From contig VMER01000001.1 of NCBI GenBank assembly GCA_007375645.1, forward strand, positions 69,139 to 133,138: DNA of 64,000 nucleotides, written 5' to 3'. The stretch comes from Parcubacteria group bacterium LiPW_15 (GTDB lineage Bacteria; Patescibacteriota; Minisyncoccia; UBA6257; 2-01-FULL-56-20). A program made the position numbers and the translations under genes. Positions 23,584-33,227 of the stretch are shown piece by piece. The notes beneath the pieces are model-generated. The model did no database searches, was not told where the DNA came from, and saw nothing but the letters and a program-made list of their open reading frames with translations. Each line of letters begins with the position of its first letter. Position 1 is the stretch's first letter.

Positions 23584-24645
23584 ATGATGGGCAAAAAGAT
23601 CGCTAGGGTCCTCTCCGGTGTAGTTTTTTTTGTGTATTGGGGTTGGGCGTCCGTTTCTGCCCTCGGATCATTTAGGCGCGGAGATCCGTTCACCTGGGAA
23701 CATTTTGCGACATTGTTGATCCCCGAGATAATACTTGCCCTGATCTTCTTTTATCTCTTATGGCCCGGAAAAGACTCTCCCAACGTTTCAACTAAATTTT
23801 TAAGTGTTTTCAGCATTTTGATCCTCGCTGTTCTTTGGATTGTAGGCCCTCTTCAGTCCTACTTTACTTTGAACCTCGATAACAGAGGGATAAGTTTTTC
23901 AGCATTTCTATATTCTTTCGAGGTCATGCTTTTCGGCGGCCTATTCACTTATGTTGTCCTGCGTTATTTAAGACGAGTAAGGATATTTTTGAAGGATTAC
24001 AGTTCCAATATAGAAGCAATAACCCGTGAGAGGGCGGAGAAGTTTTCCGAGTTTCTTTCCGGTTTTCCGCTGAAGGTTGCGCGAATCGGGTTCCTCTTTG
24101 TTTTCGGAGGTTTTCTGATTTCCGCGCCGCAATTGATCTTTTGGGGTTGGACGACAACCGAGGTCGCCGTTAAAAGCATTTTTATAGGGCTGGCAATAGC
24201 GCCCGTAATGGCTTTGCTTATGTATATTCTCGCACGCCGTTTTTTGAGTGGAGTATTCGAGATACTGTATTCCTTCGGCGACGTTTCACACCCTAAGCTC
24301 GTGCTGTCCATTGAAGGAAAAATATTGATGCTCGGTTCCTGCGTTATGCTCATGGCTATTTCTCTTCTGTTCCCTTTGATTTGGAATTTTGTCGAAGAAA
24401 ACATTAGCTTACAGATGTTTTTGCTGGGCTGCGGGATAACGCTTTTGGAATTGCTATCGATTTTCTATGTTTCGGTTAAGGCCTTTGCCTACGATATTAC
24501 GAATTCTTTGGATGTTCTGAAAAAAGGACTTGAAATTCTTCAAACCGGCGAAAAAAGGTATCGCATAAATATGAGAACCGGAGATGAGCTCGAAGAAGTC
24601 ATCGGTGAGTTCAATAAAATTCCCGGGACGATCGACAAAAGGTAG
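23584..24645 (+). CDS. multi-pass membrane protein ending in a HAMP domain, no output domain
   Basis: about 8 TM helices; C-terminal AYDITNSLDVLKKGLEILQTGEKRYRINMRTGDELEEVIGEFNKI. Confidence 0.5.
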   Translation: MMGKKIARVLSGVVFFVYWGWASVSALGSFRRGDPFTWEHFATLLIPEIILALIFFYLLWPGKDSPNVSTKFLSVFSILILAVLWIVGPLQSYFTLNLDNRGISFSAFLYSFEVMLFGGLFTYVVLRYLRRVRIFLKDYSSNIEAITRERAEKFSEFLSGFPLKVARIGFLFVFGGFLISAPQLIFWGWTTTEVAVKSIFIGLAIAPVMALLMYILARRFLSGVFEILYSFGDVSHPKLVLSIEGKILMLGSCVMLMAISLLFPLIWNFVEENISLQMFLLGCGITLLELLSIFYVSVKAFAYDITNSLDVLKKGLEILQTGEKRYRINMRTGDELEEVIGEFNKIPGTIDKR

Positions 24646-24677
24646 AATGTTTCTCGCGAACGTGTTATGATCGTTTT

Positions 24678-25016
24678 ATGAGTAATCTGGAAGAGGGCGC
24701 AAAAACCGAGCGGGGGGCCGAACACATCCCTTCGCGGGAAGAGATTCTGGGGCAAATCGGAAAGCGGTCCAAGCGAGCGGAATTCCTGCGTGAGTTTAAA
24801 GACGAGGATGGGATAAACTTTTTGGAGGCCCGTGAACCGGGAGAAAAAACCGGCGAGTCTATACTCTACGTATATATACGGGCAGGAAGGTTCGAGAATA
24901 GCCTTTCGAAAACCACAACCCTTCAGAAGGTATTCATCGAGGAGAATGGTGATTGTCGTGGCGGGGAAACTATCGCCGATTACGATAACGCCACAGGTGA
25001 GTGGGTGGAGGAGTAG
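24678..25016 (+). CDS. hypothetical acidic protein
   Basis: ORF only. Confidence 0.3.
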   Translation: MSNLEEGAKTERGAEHIPSREEILGQIGKRSKRAEFLREFKDEDGINFLEAREPGEKTGESILYVYIRAGRFENSLSKTTTLQKVFIEENGDCRGGETIADYDNATGEWVEE

Positions 25017-25153
25017 GCACGGGTTTTGCTACACCCCCACACCCAAGAAATGGCTCTTTCGAATTCATCAGCGGCTTAGAAATTAATATTCAGCAATAAA
25101 GCCACACACAGCCTCGGAATTGTTTTTTTTAGGTGTGGGGGTAAAATTAACTT

Positions 25154-25768
25154 ATGAATAAAAAATTCTCTAAAGGAGAGGCAATTAAGTTCGGTTGGGA
25201 GGGGATGAAGAAAAACTTCTGGCTTTTTGCCGGAGTTATGATCATACTCTTGGTCCTTTCTTCGATTTCGTCATCGGGTAATGCTAATGCGAAAACCTTC
25301 TCGCTTTGGGGGGCTGTCATTACTCTCCTGGTTGCCGTGATCGACACCATAATTCAAATGGGAATCATCCGGGCGACCCTGAAGGTAGTGGACGGAGCGA
25401 AACCGACAATAGACGATATTTTCGCGGAGAGAAAACTTTTCTGGAGGTATCTCGGTTGCACGATACTCTATGGACTCATAGTTTTGGGCGGTTTGATCCT
25501 GCTGGTCGTCCCGGGAATAATCTGGGCGATAAAGTACCAGTTTGCGAGATATCTTATAATTGATAAGAAAATGGGAATAATGGATTCCTTGAGGCGCAGC
25601 GGAGAAATCACCATGGGTCAGAAGGGTCAGCTGTTTCTGTTCTGTCTCCTCATGCTGGGCGTAACTATTTTGGGAGCTTTGGCCTTGGGTATCGGGCTTT
25701 TTGCCGCCATCCCCACAGTTATGATCGCCGGCGCGTTCGTCTATCGAAAGCTTTCCGTAGCCGTTTAA
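25154..25768 (+). CDS. hypothetical membrane protein
   Basis: 4-5 hydrophobic helices. Confidence 0.5.
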   Translation: MNKKFSKGEAIKFGWEGMKKNFWLFAGVMIILLVLSSISSSGNANAKTFSLWGAVITLLVAVIDTIIQMGIIRATLKVVDGAKPTIDDIFAERKLFWRYLGCTILYGLIVLGGLILLVVPGIIWAIKYQFARYLIIDKKMGIMDSLRRSGEITMGQKGQLFLFCLLMLGVTILGALALGIGLFAAIPTVMIAGAFVYRKLSVAV

Positions 25769-25778
25769 GCGGTTTACC

Positions 25779-26459
25779 ATGACTCTGTTTTTGGGAAAAC
25801 TTTTTGCGAGCGATTGGTTTTGGAGTCTCGGAGATATTTTCCTGGGAATAGTTTTGTTTTCGGCGATAGGACTATATGCCTACCGGGAGTCTTCCGACGC
25901 GTCAAACCTCGGTAGGCGTTATGTATTGATCGCCAAACTTATAATCTGGGCTAGGATCTTATATTCCGGGTTCATAACTTGTGCGCAATACCTTGTCTGG
26001 AGCCAAAGCGAAGTAAGCCGTATTTTTTTGACTTTGCCCGCCGACGCGAGATCGCTTCCAATGTACGGATTTTTGGCGCCGATCTTCAAATGGAGCGGAG
26101 GATACTTCACCCTCTATTCCTTTTTGCATTTCTGGCTGCCAACGCTCATTTCGATAGCGATCGGCTATATCTTTCTCGTGTTCTTAAGGTTGCTTCGGAA
26201 GCACAAAGATAGATTCTTTGAAAGCGGGGAGGTGGAACTCGGATGGGTCCTCGCGCTTATCGTCGGATATCCGAATTTTATAATTTTTCTGCCGCTCGTG
26301 TTTTTCCTGATAATTCCGATATCCATCGTGCGTATGGCGGTTTTAAAACAGCATCTTACAACCATCGGATATCCAATGATACTTTCGGCAATATTTGCGG
26401 TTATCTTGGGGACGCAGATAATGGACGTATTGGGCTGGGGCGCGCTTAAGCTATGGTAA
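25779..26459 (+). CDS. hypothetical polytopic membrane protein
   Basis: 6 or more hydrophobic helices. Confidence 0.5.
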   Translation: MTLFLGKLFASDWFWSLGDIFLGIVLFSAIGLYAYRESSDASNLGRRYVLIAKLIIWARILYSGFITCAQYLVWSQSEVSRIFLTLPADARSLPMYGFLAPIFKWSGGYFTLYSFLHFWLPTLISIAIGYIFLVFLRLLRKHKDRFFESGEVELGWVLALIVGYPNFIIFLPLVFFLIIPISIVRMAVLKQHLTTIGYPMILSAIFAVILGTQIMDVLGWGALKLW

Positions 26460-27061
26460 AAAAAGAACTTGTTGTCGGTATTGATGAGGTGGGACGAGGT
26501 TGCCTTGCCGGCCCCGTCGTGGTTTGCGCGGCCCTAACCATGCGCGGAAAGAGATTTTCGAACAAGAACCTCGGAATACTCAAGGATTCTAAAAAGATAC
26601 CGGTGCGTTTGCGGGAGGAATGGTTTTTGCATCTTAAAAAAATCGAAGTAATTTTCGCAATTTCCAGGGTTTCGCCGGCGGTAATAGACAGAGTGAATAT
26701 AAGTCGGGCTGCGAATATCGCCGCCGAACGCGCCTTAAAAAAGCTTCTTCTCTTAGCCGGCCTTCAAGAGGGGGATATAGACGTTTTTTTGGATGGCGGA
26801 CTTTACCTGGGGTCTAAGGAAAAGTCATTATCCCGGGCCGCAACCGTCATAAAAGGGGACGAAAAAATAAAAGTCATAGCCGCGGCCTCGATCGCCGCCA
26901 AGGTTACGAGGGATCGATTTATGGTCAGACTTTCCAAGAAATATCCCGGCTATGGGCTTGAGGTTCACAAAGGCTATGGAACCAAAGCCCATATTCGGGC
27001 GATAAAAAGACAGGGTTTGAGCGATGCCCACCGCCGAAGCTTTACCAAGAAAATAATTTGA
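26453..27061 (+). CDS. rnhB: ribonuclease HII
   Basis: VVGIDEVGRGCLAGPVVVCA, SIAAASIAAK. Confidence 0.85.
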   Translation: MVKKELVVGIDEVGRGCLAGPVVVCAALTMRGKRFSNKNLGILKDSKKIPVRLREEWFLHLKKIEVIFAISRVSPAVIDRVNISRAANIAAERALKKLLLLAGLQEGDIDVFLDGGLYLGSKEKSLSRAATVIKGDEKIKVIAAASIAAKVTRDRFMVRLSKKYPGYGLEVHKGYGTKAHIRAIKRQGLSDAHRRSFTKKII

Positions 27062-27104
27062 CCAAAGCTAAAAAATCCCATATCCTAAAGGAAAGATAAC
27101 TCAC

Positions 27105-27257
27105 ATGGGTGGAGTACCAATAAAACATCATACAAAAGGCAAGGTTGGAAGGCGGCGTTCGCATTTGGCCATGAAGAAGCAGAAGCTTATGGTTTGCAAG
27201 CACTGCGGAGCTCCGAAAATGGCTCATCGCGCCTGCCCTGAGTGCGGCAAAATGTAA
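27105..27257 (+). CDS. rpmF: 50S ribosomal protein L32 (50 aa; not in ORF track)
   Basis: my translation MGGVPIKHHTKGKVGRRRSHLAMKKQKLMVCKHCGAPKMAHRACPECGKM; L32 pattern R(R)SH ... C.HCG..K.AHR.C..CG. Confidence 0.7.
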   Translation: MGGVPIKHHTKGKVGRRRSHLAMKKQKLMVCKHCGAPKMAHRACPECGKM

Positions 27258-27268
27258 CTTTAGCTTAA

Positions 27269-27724
27269 ATGGCTACCCGGCACCTTGTTAGAACCGTTGT
27301 CCTGCAGTCCCTCTACGAATGGGATTTTTATGACCGCAAAAACGATATTACTAAGGTTCTCGAAAGAAATTTAGCCGAGTTTGCTCCGGGCATAGACGAG
27401 CCGGAATTTGCCTGGAAGATACTTAAGGGGATTGCCGAACACATAAAGGACATTGATGCCCGCATAGTTAAGACCGCACCCGAATGGCCGCTTCCGAAGA
27501 TCGCGGTTATTGACCGCAATATTCTGCGTATCGGCCTCTACGAACTTTTATACGCGGATAAAAACGAAGTTCCGCCAAAAGTGGCGATAAACGAGGCAAT
27601 CGAGATGGCCAAGAATTATGGAGGGCCGAACTCCAGCCGGTTCATAAATGGAGTTTTGGGAACAGTTTTCCGCGAGGAATACCCGGAGGAAGCCGCCAAA
27701 AGAGAAGCGCCGAAGAACCAATAA
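27269..27724 (+). CDS. nusB: transcription antitermination factor NusB
   Basis: R...[32 protein letters not shown]...S..FINGVLG. Confidence 0.85.
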   Translation: MATRHLVRTVVLQSLYEWDFYDRKNDITKVLERNLAEFAPGIDEPEFAWKILKGIAEHIKDIDARIVKTAPEWPLPKIAVIDRNILRIGLYELLYADKNEVPPKVAINEAIEMAKNYGGPNSSRFINGVLGTVFREEYPEEAAKREAPKNQ

Positions 27725-27726
27725 TA

Positions 27727-28416
27727 ATGAAAGACGTAAGTGTTTTAGAAAAAAATATCGATGTAATTTTCAAAGATAGGGATGTTTTGAATGAGGCTTT
27801 GACCCATCGCTCCTATCTCAACGAAAATCCGAAGTGGCTTTTGCCGCACAACGAGCGGCTGGAGTTTTTGGGCGATGCGGTTTTGGAACTCGCCGTAACC
27901 GAAGCGCTTTATAAAAAATTTCCGTCTTCGCCGGAAGGGGATCTGACGGTTTATCGCGCGGCTCTCGTGAACTATCAAACCTTGGCTTCGGTGGCTTCCG
28001 GTTTCTCGCTCGACGATTTCATTCTAATGTCCCGCGGAGAAAAGATGGATAATTCCAAGGCCAAGGAAGTAATTCTCGCAAATGCCATCGAGGCGCTTAT
28101 CGGCGCGATATATTTGGATCAGGGTTACGAGGCGGCGGAAAGATTTATAAGCGAAAAAGTTCTCGTAAAACTTCCGGACATTTTAAAGAGCAAAAGCTAT
28201 AAGGATCCGAAGAGCGAATTGCAGGAAATAGTCCAGGATAAGTTTAGGGTAACCCCGAGTTATAAGGTTCTTGAAGAATCCGGTCCTGCGCACAAACGGG
28301 AATTCAAAGTCGGTGTTTATTTCAAGGATGAAACTCCGGAGGCTGAAGGCAACGGGACTTCCAAGCAGGAAGCGGAAGCGGAAGCCGCCAAGAACGCATT
28401 AAAGAAATTGCAGTGA
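27727..28416 (+). CDS. rnc: ribonuclease III
   Basis: HRSY..ENPKW..NERLEFLGDAVLELAV; C-terminal dsRBD; 2-nt gap to nusB. Confidence 0.9.
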   Translation: MKDVSVLEKNIDVIFKDRDVLNEALTHRSYLNENPKWLLPHNERLEFLGDAVLELAVTEALYKKFPSSPEGDLTVYRAALVNYQTLASVASGFSLDDFILMSRGEKMDNSKAKEVILANAIEALIGAIYLDQGYEAAERFISEKVLVKLPDILKSKSYKDPKSELQEIVQDKFRVTPSYKVLEESGPAHKREFKVGVYFKDETPEAEGNGTSKQEAEAEAAKNALKKLQ

Positions 28417-28500
28417 GTGGCGGGTGGTCGGTAGTGAGTAGAAAAATGCGAGAATACAAGAATTTACTTACTATAAACTACTTACGACAAACTATTCACA

Positions 28501-30711
28501 ATGCCTCACTTACTAAAGAAATTAGAACTTAACGGATTTAAATCTTTTGCAGCGAAGACTGTTTTGGATTTTCCGGCCGGCATCACGGCCATCGTGGGTC
28601 CGAACGGTTCGGGAAAATCCAACGTCATAGACGCCATCCGCTGGCTTCTGGGGGAGCGGGAGGCGAAATCTCTCCGCGGAGCAAAATCCGAAGACCTTAT
28701 TTTCGCCGGCACCGAAAAGCGGCCCAGGATGGGTCTGGGGCAAGCAAGCCTCTATTTCGAAAATCTTCATCTCATGCGGCCGCGTTCCACATCGGAAGAG
28801 CAGGAGGGCGGTATTTGGAATTCCGGACTCACGGAAGTGACCGTCTCGAGGCAGGTAAGCCGCGACGGGAACAACCAATATTTTTTGAATAAAAGCGAAG
28901 TTCGTCTTAAAGACATCATCGATTTTTTTGCGCAGGCGAGGCTTGGCAGTAAGGGACTTACGGTCATAACCCAAGGCAACAGCGACCTTTTTATCCGTGT
29001 CTCTCCCCGCGAGCGGAGGGAGATGATAGAAGAAATGCTAGGGTTAAGGGAATATCAAATAAAGAAGACCGACGCGGAGCGGCGGCTTAGAAATTCGGAA
29101 ATAAATTTGGAGAAAGTTAACGCCCTGATCGAAGAGATACTGCCGCATCTGCGTTCTTTAAAGCGCCAAACCGGAAAATGGGAAAAGCGGGGGAGTTTGG
29201 AAGAAGAATTGAAGACGCTTGAGAGCGGCTTTTTCGGCTCTAGGCTCAAAGAATTGGAAAAAGACTTGGGGAAAACAGATGAAGAGTTGAAGTCTCGCGC
29301 CGCAACACAGAAGGAGCTGAATCAGGCTATGGAATCGGCGGAAAAGAGGCTGAAAGACCTTGAGAACAATCAGCCCGGGGAGAGGCAGGCGATACAGGAA
29401 ATTAAAGCGAGAACGGCTTCGCTTCTTGAGAAGCGCTCAATGCTCCAAAAAGACTTGGGCCGTTTGGAAGCACAGATTGAAATAACCGCGCAAACGGCGC
29501 CTCAAAATATTGCGGTTCCGCACGAAAAACTTTTGTCTCTTACGAAAAAGATCCGTGAAGAACTGGCCAAGGTAATGGATCAAGACGAGTCCACCTTGAG
29601 GCGCGTCGTCAAGAATCTTCTTTCCGAGATAGAAGATGTTTTCGTCGCCGTGGAGAAAAAAGTTTCGGTGCCGAACCCCAAAGATCACTTTGCCGACAAA
29701 CTCACAAAACTCCAAAAGGAGCTAAAAGATCTGGAGAGTGAAATGATCGCTCTCAAAAACGAAGAAAAACGATTGGAGAGCGGACAGGAAACCTTCTACG
29801 AACATTTTAAAAAAGAGATGCACGCTTCCCGCGAAGCCCGCGAGAAGGCGGAAAAGTGGTCTGCGGATACGAGAGGATTGGAAATAAACAAGGAGCGGCT
29901 CACGATGCGCCTAGAAGAACTTCACCGGCAGATATCCCAGATCGGCAGGCACGCCTCCGAATTTAAGGAATACGCCGGGGCGATCCATCATGAAGCCGAG
30001 CTTTCCGAAATGGAGCATCGGATGTTCAGGTTGCGAGGAGAGCTTGCATCAATCGGCGAAGTAGATGAGGCAATTTTGAAAGAAGCTTCGGAAACCGAGG
30101 AGCGCTATGAATTTTTAGGCAAGGAGTCCAAAGACCTCATGTCCGCCAAGGATGACCTCAAAAAACTCATCAAAGACCTAAATGAAAAAATAAAAAACGA
30201 TTTTCACAAAGCTTTGGTGCATATTAATGAGGAGTTTCAGAAATTCTTTGAACTTATGTTCGACGGAGGCAGAGCCAAACTTATAGTTGTTAAAAAAGAA
30301 AAAAGGATTTTGCCCGTGGAGGGCGAGGAGGGAGAAGCAGGCGAAGCTCAACCGGAAGAGGAAGAAGAGCAAGAAGAGGGAATAGAGGTCAATTTGAGCT
30401 TGCCCAAAAAACGCATTAACTCCTTGGAGATGCTTTCCGGGGGCGAACGAAGTTTGGTGGGTATTGCCGCAATTTTCGCTCTGATTTCAGTTTCTCCGCC
30501 GCCATTTCTGGTTTTGGACGAGATAGACGCCCCGCTCGACGAACGGAATGCCAGAAGGTTCTCGGAAATGCTCAAGGAGTTTTCCAAAGAGACCCAGTTT
30601 ATCGTGGTAACCCACAACCGGGCGACTATGGAGGCGGCCAATGTGCTCTATGGCGTTACTTTGGACGCAGACGGAACTTCGAAGGTGCTGTCGATGAAGT
30701 TGGAAAAGTAA
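28501..30711 (+). CDS. smc: SMC-like chromosome segregation ATPase (short form, 736 aa)
   Basis: N-terminal LELNGFKSF..GPNGSGKSN, coiled coil, C-terminal LSGGERSLVGIA..FLVLDEIDAPLDERN. Confidence 0.75.
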   Translation: MPHLLKKLELNGFKSFAAKTVLDFPAGITAIVGPNGSGKSNVIDAIRWLLGEREAKSLRGAKSEDLIFAGTEKRPRMGLGQASLYFENLHLMRPRSTSEEQEGGIWNSGLTEVTVSRQVSRDGNNQYFLNKSEVRLKDIIDFFAQARLGSKGLTVITQGNSDLFIRVSPRERREMIEEMLGLREYQIKKTDAERRLRNSEINLEKVNALIEEILPHLRSLKRQTGKWEKRGSLEEELKTLESGFFGSRLKELEKDLGKTDEELKSRAATQKELNQAMESAEKRLKDLENNQPGERQAIQEIKARTASLLEKRSMLQKDLGRLEAQIEITAQTAPQNIAVPHEKLLSLTKKIREELAKVMDQDESTLRRVVKNLLSEIEDVFVAVEKKVSVPNPKDHFADKLTKLQKELKDLESEMIALKNEEKRLESGQETFYEHFKKEMHASREAREKAEKWSADTRGLEINKERLTMRLEELHRQISQIGRHASEFKEYAGAIHHEAELSEMEHRMFRLRGELASIGEVDEAILKEASETEERYEFLGKESKDLMSAKDDLKKLIKDLNEKIKNDFHKALVHINEEFQKFFELMFDGGRAKLIVVKKEKRILPVEGEEGEAGEAQPEEEEEQEEGIEVNLSLPKKRINSLEMLSGGERSLVGIAAIFALISVSPPPFLVLDEIDAPLDERNARRFSEMLKEFSKETQFIVVTHNRATMEAANVLYGVTLDADGTSKVLSMKLEK

Positions 30712-30767
30712 TTTATTAAAAAGCCGCGATGGTTAGTCGCGGACCTCTTTCAAGGATTTCGATCGGT

Positions 30768-31076
30768 TCAGGCGGTGAGCAAGGCCAGTTCCTTTTCGAG
30801 GCGCTCCCGTTCGTCGCGCAGCAGGAGTCTCCTTCTAGCGAGAGACTCCTTGGCCATCGGGATGAACAAGTTGAGGTCAAAGCGCGCACTCATCAGTAGG
30901 GCAAAATCGTCCATGACTTCGCCTATGATCGCGTGTTCTTTGGCCATTCTCTCGGCCTCTTTGAGGATCGCGAACTCTTGCGTGATGCCTTCGAGGCAGA
31001 AGTTGATGTTCGCTATTTTCTCCTTGAGAGGGAGCACCTTCCGCTTGAGGCGCCATTCCTTCCATGTTTTGAACAT
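30768..31076 (-). CDS. hypothetical protein (102 aa)
   Basis: SD aaaggag 8 nt before ATG at 31076. Confidence 0.4.
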   Translation of the reverse strand: MFKTWKEWRLKRKVLPLKEKIANINFCLEGITQEFAILKEAERMAKEHAIIGEVMDDFALLMSARFDLNLFIPMAKESLARRRLLLRDERERLEKELALLTA

Positions 31077-31210
31077 CGGCAGGCTCCTTTCTGGCAGGAT
31101 TATATTGCCGGACATGTCGGTATGTCAACCGATATTTCTCGGAACTTATTAGATTTGACGCCGCTCTTGACGTGTATGCTATACTCAAAATACAAAATCA
31201 AAACTAATAA

Positions 31211-31448
31211 AATGGCGAACATAAAAGTGTATTCCGCTCCGTGGTGCGTGTATTGCAAAATGGTCAAGGCGTTTTTGGAAGAGAACAAGATCCAATACAG
31301 GGAAGTCGATATAGAAAAAGATGACAAGGCGAGGGAAGAGATGGTTGCGAAGACCGGCAGTCTTTCTATTCCCGTGACAGACATAGACGGGGAGATCATT
31401 ATCGGTTTCGATAAGCCTGCGATTAAAAAAGCCTTAAACTTGAAATAA
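31211..31448 (+). CDS. glutaredoxin/NrdH-like redoxin (79 aa)
   Basis: KVYSAPWCVYCKMVKAFL (CxxC), cis-Pro IPVT; TGcTATACT extended -10 upstream. Confidence 0.7.
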
Positions 31449-31486
31449 TCAGAGCCCCGGCCCCGCGCCGGGGTTTTCCGATCCCT

Positions 31487-31933
31487 ATGCATATCCGAAT
31501 AAGCAACAAAATAGGATTTACCGCGAAAATTTTCGGTGTGGCCTGGACTCTGAATCTTTTGTGGGAGTTTGCGCAAAAGCCGCTCTATCTTGTCGGTAAT
31601 TTTCCACCTTTTATTTGGGAGTGGATAAGAGCCACGACCTGGGATGCGGCATTCATTGTCGTTCTTTATCTTATGCTCGCGATTTTGCACAACGATTTTT
31701 ATTGGCTAAGGCGAAAAAATATTTGGGACTTAGGTTTTATATTTTTGATCGGCTTCACGGTTATAACTTTTATGGAACAACAAGCGTTAGGAGCGGGCGG
31801 ACTGTTCTATTCTTCGGCCATGCCCATTGTTCCGATCTTAAAAATAGGACTTACGCCGTTTTTGCAATTACCGCTTTTGGCGTTTTTGACTTATTGGTTC
31901 GCGCGTTTCAGTTTCTCAAAATATTTCGAATAA
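31487..31933 (+). CDS. hypothetical membrane protein
   Basis: 4 hydrophobic helices. Confidence 0.45.
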   Translation: MHIRISNKIGFTAKIFGVAWTLNLLWEFAQKPLYLVGNFPPFIWEWIRATTWDAAFIVVLYLMLAILHNDFYWLRRKNIWDLGFIFLIGFTVITFMEQQALGAGGLFYSSAMPIVPILKIGLTPFLQLPLLAFLTYWFARFSFSKYFE

Positions 31934-31942
31934 ACTGTTTTT

Positions 31943-31970
31943 AGTCGTATATCATATATGATATACGACT
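31943..31970 (+). terminator. perfect 28-bp palindrome agtcgtatatcatatatgatatacgact followed by T-rich tract
   Basis: 14-bp arms, no loop; directly after stop of 31487-31933 gene. Confidence 0.5.
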
Positions 31971-32067
31971 ATTTTGCGTTTTAAGATAAAAAAAGAGCCG
32001 CAGGCTTGGCTCGACCTTTCGGTCGAACGGTGCCTTTGGCTCAGTGGCGAACGAGAGACGGTCGATC

Positions 32068-32550
32068 TCAGGGGTTGAGGTCTCCATTCTCGAGCTCGCC
32101 GTCGTAGTCTTCGGGGAAATAGTCGGAGAGGAACCCGTCGGCGCGGGACATCTCGCGCCACTCCTCGGACCTTGCGACCGCCGCCGAGTCGTTCTGGAAA
32201 GCCAGCTTTCTCTCCTCGAGATAGGCTAGCGCTTCCTCCTCCGACTCCGTGAGGAGTACTCCGTGGTCGGGGTGGGTCAGATCGTTGATGAAGAAACCCT
32301 TCTCCACGAGGCGCTGTGTTTCGAAGGGATGTCCGGCGTAGCTGCCGCGCTGGAAGGCCGGAGAGTCTGCGTTCAGGAAGACCTTGGGGCTCGGCTCTCC
32401 GCAGAGAATGTGCTCCGTGTCGATTCTGGAGATGACGAACGGCCCCTCAACTCCCGTGGGTTTGCCGTAGAGTGACGTCACACACCAGAAGCCGCCCCCA
32501 GGTTTCAGGGTGTTGAGAAACTCTGTAGTGGATAAAATGACTCTTGTCAT
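32068..32550 (-). CDS. hypothetical protein (160 aa), GC-rich
   Basis: SD aaggagaaggg before ATG. Confidence 0.45.
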   Translation of the reverse strand: MTRVILSTTEFLNTLKPGGGFWCVTSLYGKPTGVEGPFVISRIDTEHILCGEPSPKVFLNADSPAFQRGSYAGHPFETQRLVEKGFFINDLTHPDHGVLLTESEEEALAYLEERKLAFQNDSAAVARSEEWREMSRADGFLSDYFPEDYDGELENGDLNP

Positions 32551-32593
32551 TACCCTTCTCCTTCTTTCTCAAATCTAGTTACGAGATGGGGGA

Positions 32594-33019
32594 CTAGGGA
32601 GTCGCGAGGCCGAACTTCATCCGCTCCTCGGCGAGGAGAAGATGAGCCTCTCGTTTCGCCTGACGCGTGAGAGGCACCGTCTTATTCGCGACGCAGTAGA
32701 GAATGATAGTGCCCTCGCGGGCGACGACGGCTTCGGTGATGAATACGTCGCCGTCGACATATCCGACGACGTAGGCCTCCTGTACCACTTCACCCCTCGC
32801 ATCGTAGAAGCGCGTGAGGCTTCGTACGCGGGAGGGATGAAGGGGCCAGTCGGCTCTCGAGCGGGTGATGCGGATGAGACCATCCGCGGTTACGCTCCTC
32901 ATCTTAACCACTTCGCCGAAACCTGCCCTCTCGCCCACTTTGTAGACGAGGAGGCAGGAACACACGATCGTTGAGATGGCGAGGACTACCACGAGAAACG
33001 TGGCCAACTTCTTGGGCAT
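32594..33019 (-). CDS. hypothetical N-terminally membrane-anchored protein (141 aa), GC-rich
   Basis: SD ggagaaggagaaaagg before ATG; TM FLVVVLAISTIVCSCLLV. Confidence 0.45.
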   Translation of the reverse strand: MPKKLATFLVVVLAISTIVCSCLLVYKVGERAGFGEVVKMRSVTADGLIRITRSRADWPLHPSRVRSLTRFYDARGEVVQEAYVVGYVDGDVFITEAVVAREGTIILYCVANKTVPLTRQAKREAHLLLAEERMKFGLATP

Positions 33020-33227
33020 TTCCTTTTCTCCTTCTCCGTTTCAGTTCCGGGACAAAGGGGGAAATTCGGTATTGCCCCCATAATTCCGGAACCGAAATAT
33101 GTTCAAAAGTCTGCGGAGATTGTATCATACAAATAACTATTTGTCAAACTAGAATGCCTACGTTTTGCGGAGTCAACTGATTTTTAATTGGTTTGTTCGT
33201 ATGGCTTTTTTAGCTTAAAATTAGGGA

